Positions 41,797-43,411 of a DNA stretch of 43,411 bases are shown here, piece after piece. The notes beneath the pieces are model-generated. The model was not told the origin of the DNA, did no database searches, and worked only from the letters and a program-made list of their open reading frames with translations. This DNA is from an uncultured Methanospirillum sp. (lineage in GTDB: Archaea; Halobacteriota; Methanomicrobia; Methanomicrobiales; Methanospirillaceae): positions 1 to 43,411 of the forward strand of contig CAZWTX010000022.1 of NCBI GenBank assembly GCA_964637135.1, given 5' to 3'. Each line of letters opens with the position of its first letter. Within the stretch, counting starts at the first letter, position 1. A program made the position numbers and the translations under genes.

Positions 41797-43411
41797 TTGA
41801 AATTGGTTCCAGATACGAGCGTCGTCATTGACGGACGCATCACCACATTAATAGATACTGGAGAATATAACGGGGCCCAAATAATAATACCGGAAGCAGT
41901 TGTTGCCGAGCTTGAATCGCAGGCAAACCAGGGGCGTGAGATCGGTTTTTCAGGTCTCACCGAACTTCAGGAACTCTGCAAGCTGGCTGAACAGGGTATT
42001 ATAACGATAGAATTCGTTGGCGAACGCCCTACCCTTGAGCAAGTGAAACTGGCGAGCGGCGGGGAGATCGATGCCCTCATCAGACAGGTCGCCATCGAAC
42101 ACAAGGCCAAGTTCATCACCAGCGACGTGGTCCAGTCAGAGGTTGCCCGGGCAAAGGGTCTTGATGTCCTGTACCTCAAACCGCAGGTCGAAGACTTCAC
42201 CCCGCTCGCGATAGACCAGTTCTTTGACGAGTATACCATCGCGATATACCTCAAGGAGCGGGCAAAACCGATCGCCAGGAAGGGCACCATCCAGAAGACC
42301 GAGACCATGGTGATCCGGGAGAATCTCTGTACTGAGTATGAACTCCGGTCGATCGCACAGGAAGTGCTGGAACGGGCAAAACGGGATCCTGATGGATTTA
42401 TCGAGATTGAAAAGCGGGGTGTCACCGTTGTACAGATTGGCTCGATGCGGATCTCGATTACCCGCCGGCCATTCTCCGATGGAATGGAGATCACGGCAGT
42501 CAGGCCGATCGTCGATCTCTCCCTTGATGATTACGAACAGGCCGGGGAGATCAAGAAACTCCTGAAGGCAGATAAACCGGGTATTCTCATTACCGGAACA
42601 CCGGGCTGTGGCAAGACCACCCTTGCGCAGGCAATCGCCACCTACCTCTCCGATGCCGGGTGTATCGTCAAAACCATGGAACAGCCGCGGGAAATGCTCG
42701 TTCCCGACCAGATCACCCAGTATACTGCTCTCGACGGAAGCATGGTCAATACCGGGGATGTCCTTCTCCTGGTCAGGCCGGATTTTGTCATATTCGATGA
42801 ACTCCGGAAAAATGAGGACTTCTCGGTCTTTGCAGATATGCGGCTCGCCGGGATTGGCATGATCGGGATCATCCATGCGGTATCCCCACACGAGGCCATT
42901 CAGCGGTTTGCCGACCGGGTTGAGTTCTCTGCTCTCGCCCAGATATTCGGGAGCCTCATTTATGTCAGGGACGGGAAGATCAAACAGATCTGCTCGACCA
43001 GTTTTGCAATGAAAAGTCCGGAGGGGCTTGAGGATGACATGCATATCAGGCCGGTCACCACACTGACCGATCAGACTACCGGCCGGGCAATCTTCGAAAT
43101 TTTCAAACACGAGTACGAGACGATTGTGCTTCCCGTGGAAGAAGGAATCGCTGAAGAGGAAACTCCTGATGAGTTTGTGCCACCTGCAGAGGCAGGAAAG
43201 GCAGCAGAACCAAACCGCCCGATGCCTCCGGAGCGGACCGTTGAGGAAGAAGAGAGCGACGGAGAAGAGGAGGAAGAGGAAGAGACCTCGGCCTGGGCAA
43301 TTACCGAACGGGATATCCAGCGGGAGATCGGGAGGTACACCAACGGCGAGATCAGTGTTGAGATGCTCTCGGCAACAAAAGCGGTTGTCTTCATCGACGA
43401 CCGGGATGTTC
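41797..43411 (+). CDS. PIN-domain ATPase (PINc/VapC-ATPase, PINA-like), 3'-truncated by window end; not in ORF track
   Basis: TTG start after GAAGGTGA; MKLVPDTSVVIDG, AELESQANQG, Walker A GTPGCGKTT, Walker B VIFDELR, DMRLAGIGMIG..HA; frame open to the end of the window. Confidence 0.92.
   Translation, partial: MKLVPDTSVVIDGRITTLIDTGEYNGAQIIIPEAVVAELESQANQGREIGFSGLTELQELCKLAEQGIITIEFVGERPTLEQVKLASGGEIDALIRQVAIEHKAKFITSDVVQSEVARAKGLDVLYLKPQVEDFTPLAIDQFFDEYTIAIYLKERAKPIARKGTIQKTETMVIRENLCTEYELRSIAQEVLERAKRDPDGFIEIEKRGVTVVQIGSMRISITRRPFSDGMEITAVRPIVDLSLDDYEQAGEIKKLLKADKPGILITGTPGCGKTTLAQAIATYLSDAGCIVKTMEQPREMLVPDQITQYTALDGSMVNTGDVLLLVRPDFVIFDELRKNEDFSVFADMRLAGIGMIGIIHAVSPHEAIQRFADRVEFSALAQIFGSLIYVRDGKIKQICSTSFAMKSPEGLEDDMHIRPVTTLTDQTTGRAIFEIFKHEYETIVLPVEEGIAEEETPDEFVPPAEAGKAAEPNRPMPPERTVEEEESDGEEEEEEETSAWAITERDIQREIGRYTNGEISVEMLSATKAVVFIDDRDV

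Overview
Archaeal chromosomal window, most consistent with a Methanomicrobiales methanogen (inferred from gene content, order and protein style). There are three blocks. (1) 1-11.7 kb is an accessory metal/redox region: FmdE-family gene plus Zn/Mn-type ABC transporter, glyoxalase, a probable methyltransferase relic, DUF2124, Mrp/ApbC, MBL hydrolase, a cysteine-hydrolase/alpha-beta-hydrolase pair, TauE, and a polycysteine 4Fe-4S protein and flavoredoxin divergent from a Cys-rich winged-HTH regulator. (2) 11.8-29.5 kb is an uninterrupted minus-strand run: four CBS genes, dys, tRNA-Ser(GCT), S13-S4-S11-rpoD-L18e-L13-S9-rpoN-tRNA-Pro(CGG)-rpoK-eno-S2-MEMO1-mvk-ipk-fni-rnj-idsA-gltX. (3) 29.7-43.4 kb holds oapABC/arvABC, SUI1, cobQ, a larB-nadM operon, hisS, topoisomerase VI, prepilin peptidase, hisI and a PIN-domain ATPase running off the window. 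rpoK, both tRNAs and the PIN-ATPase are absent from the ORF track and were read manually. The most intriguing signal is a perfect 16-bp ORB/parS-like palindrome with a G-string beside an AT-rich tract. It lies at the point where gene orientation diverges, immediately upstream of oapA/arvA, with no cdc6 gene in the window. No CRISPR array, IS element or prophage was recognised.
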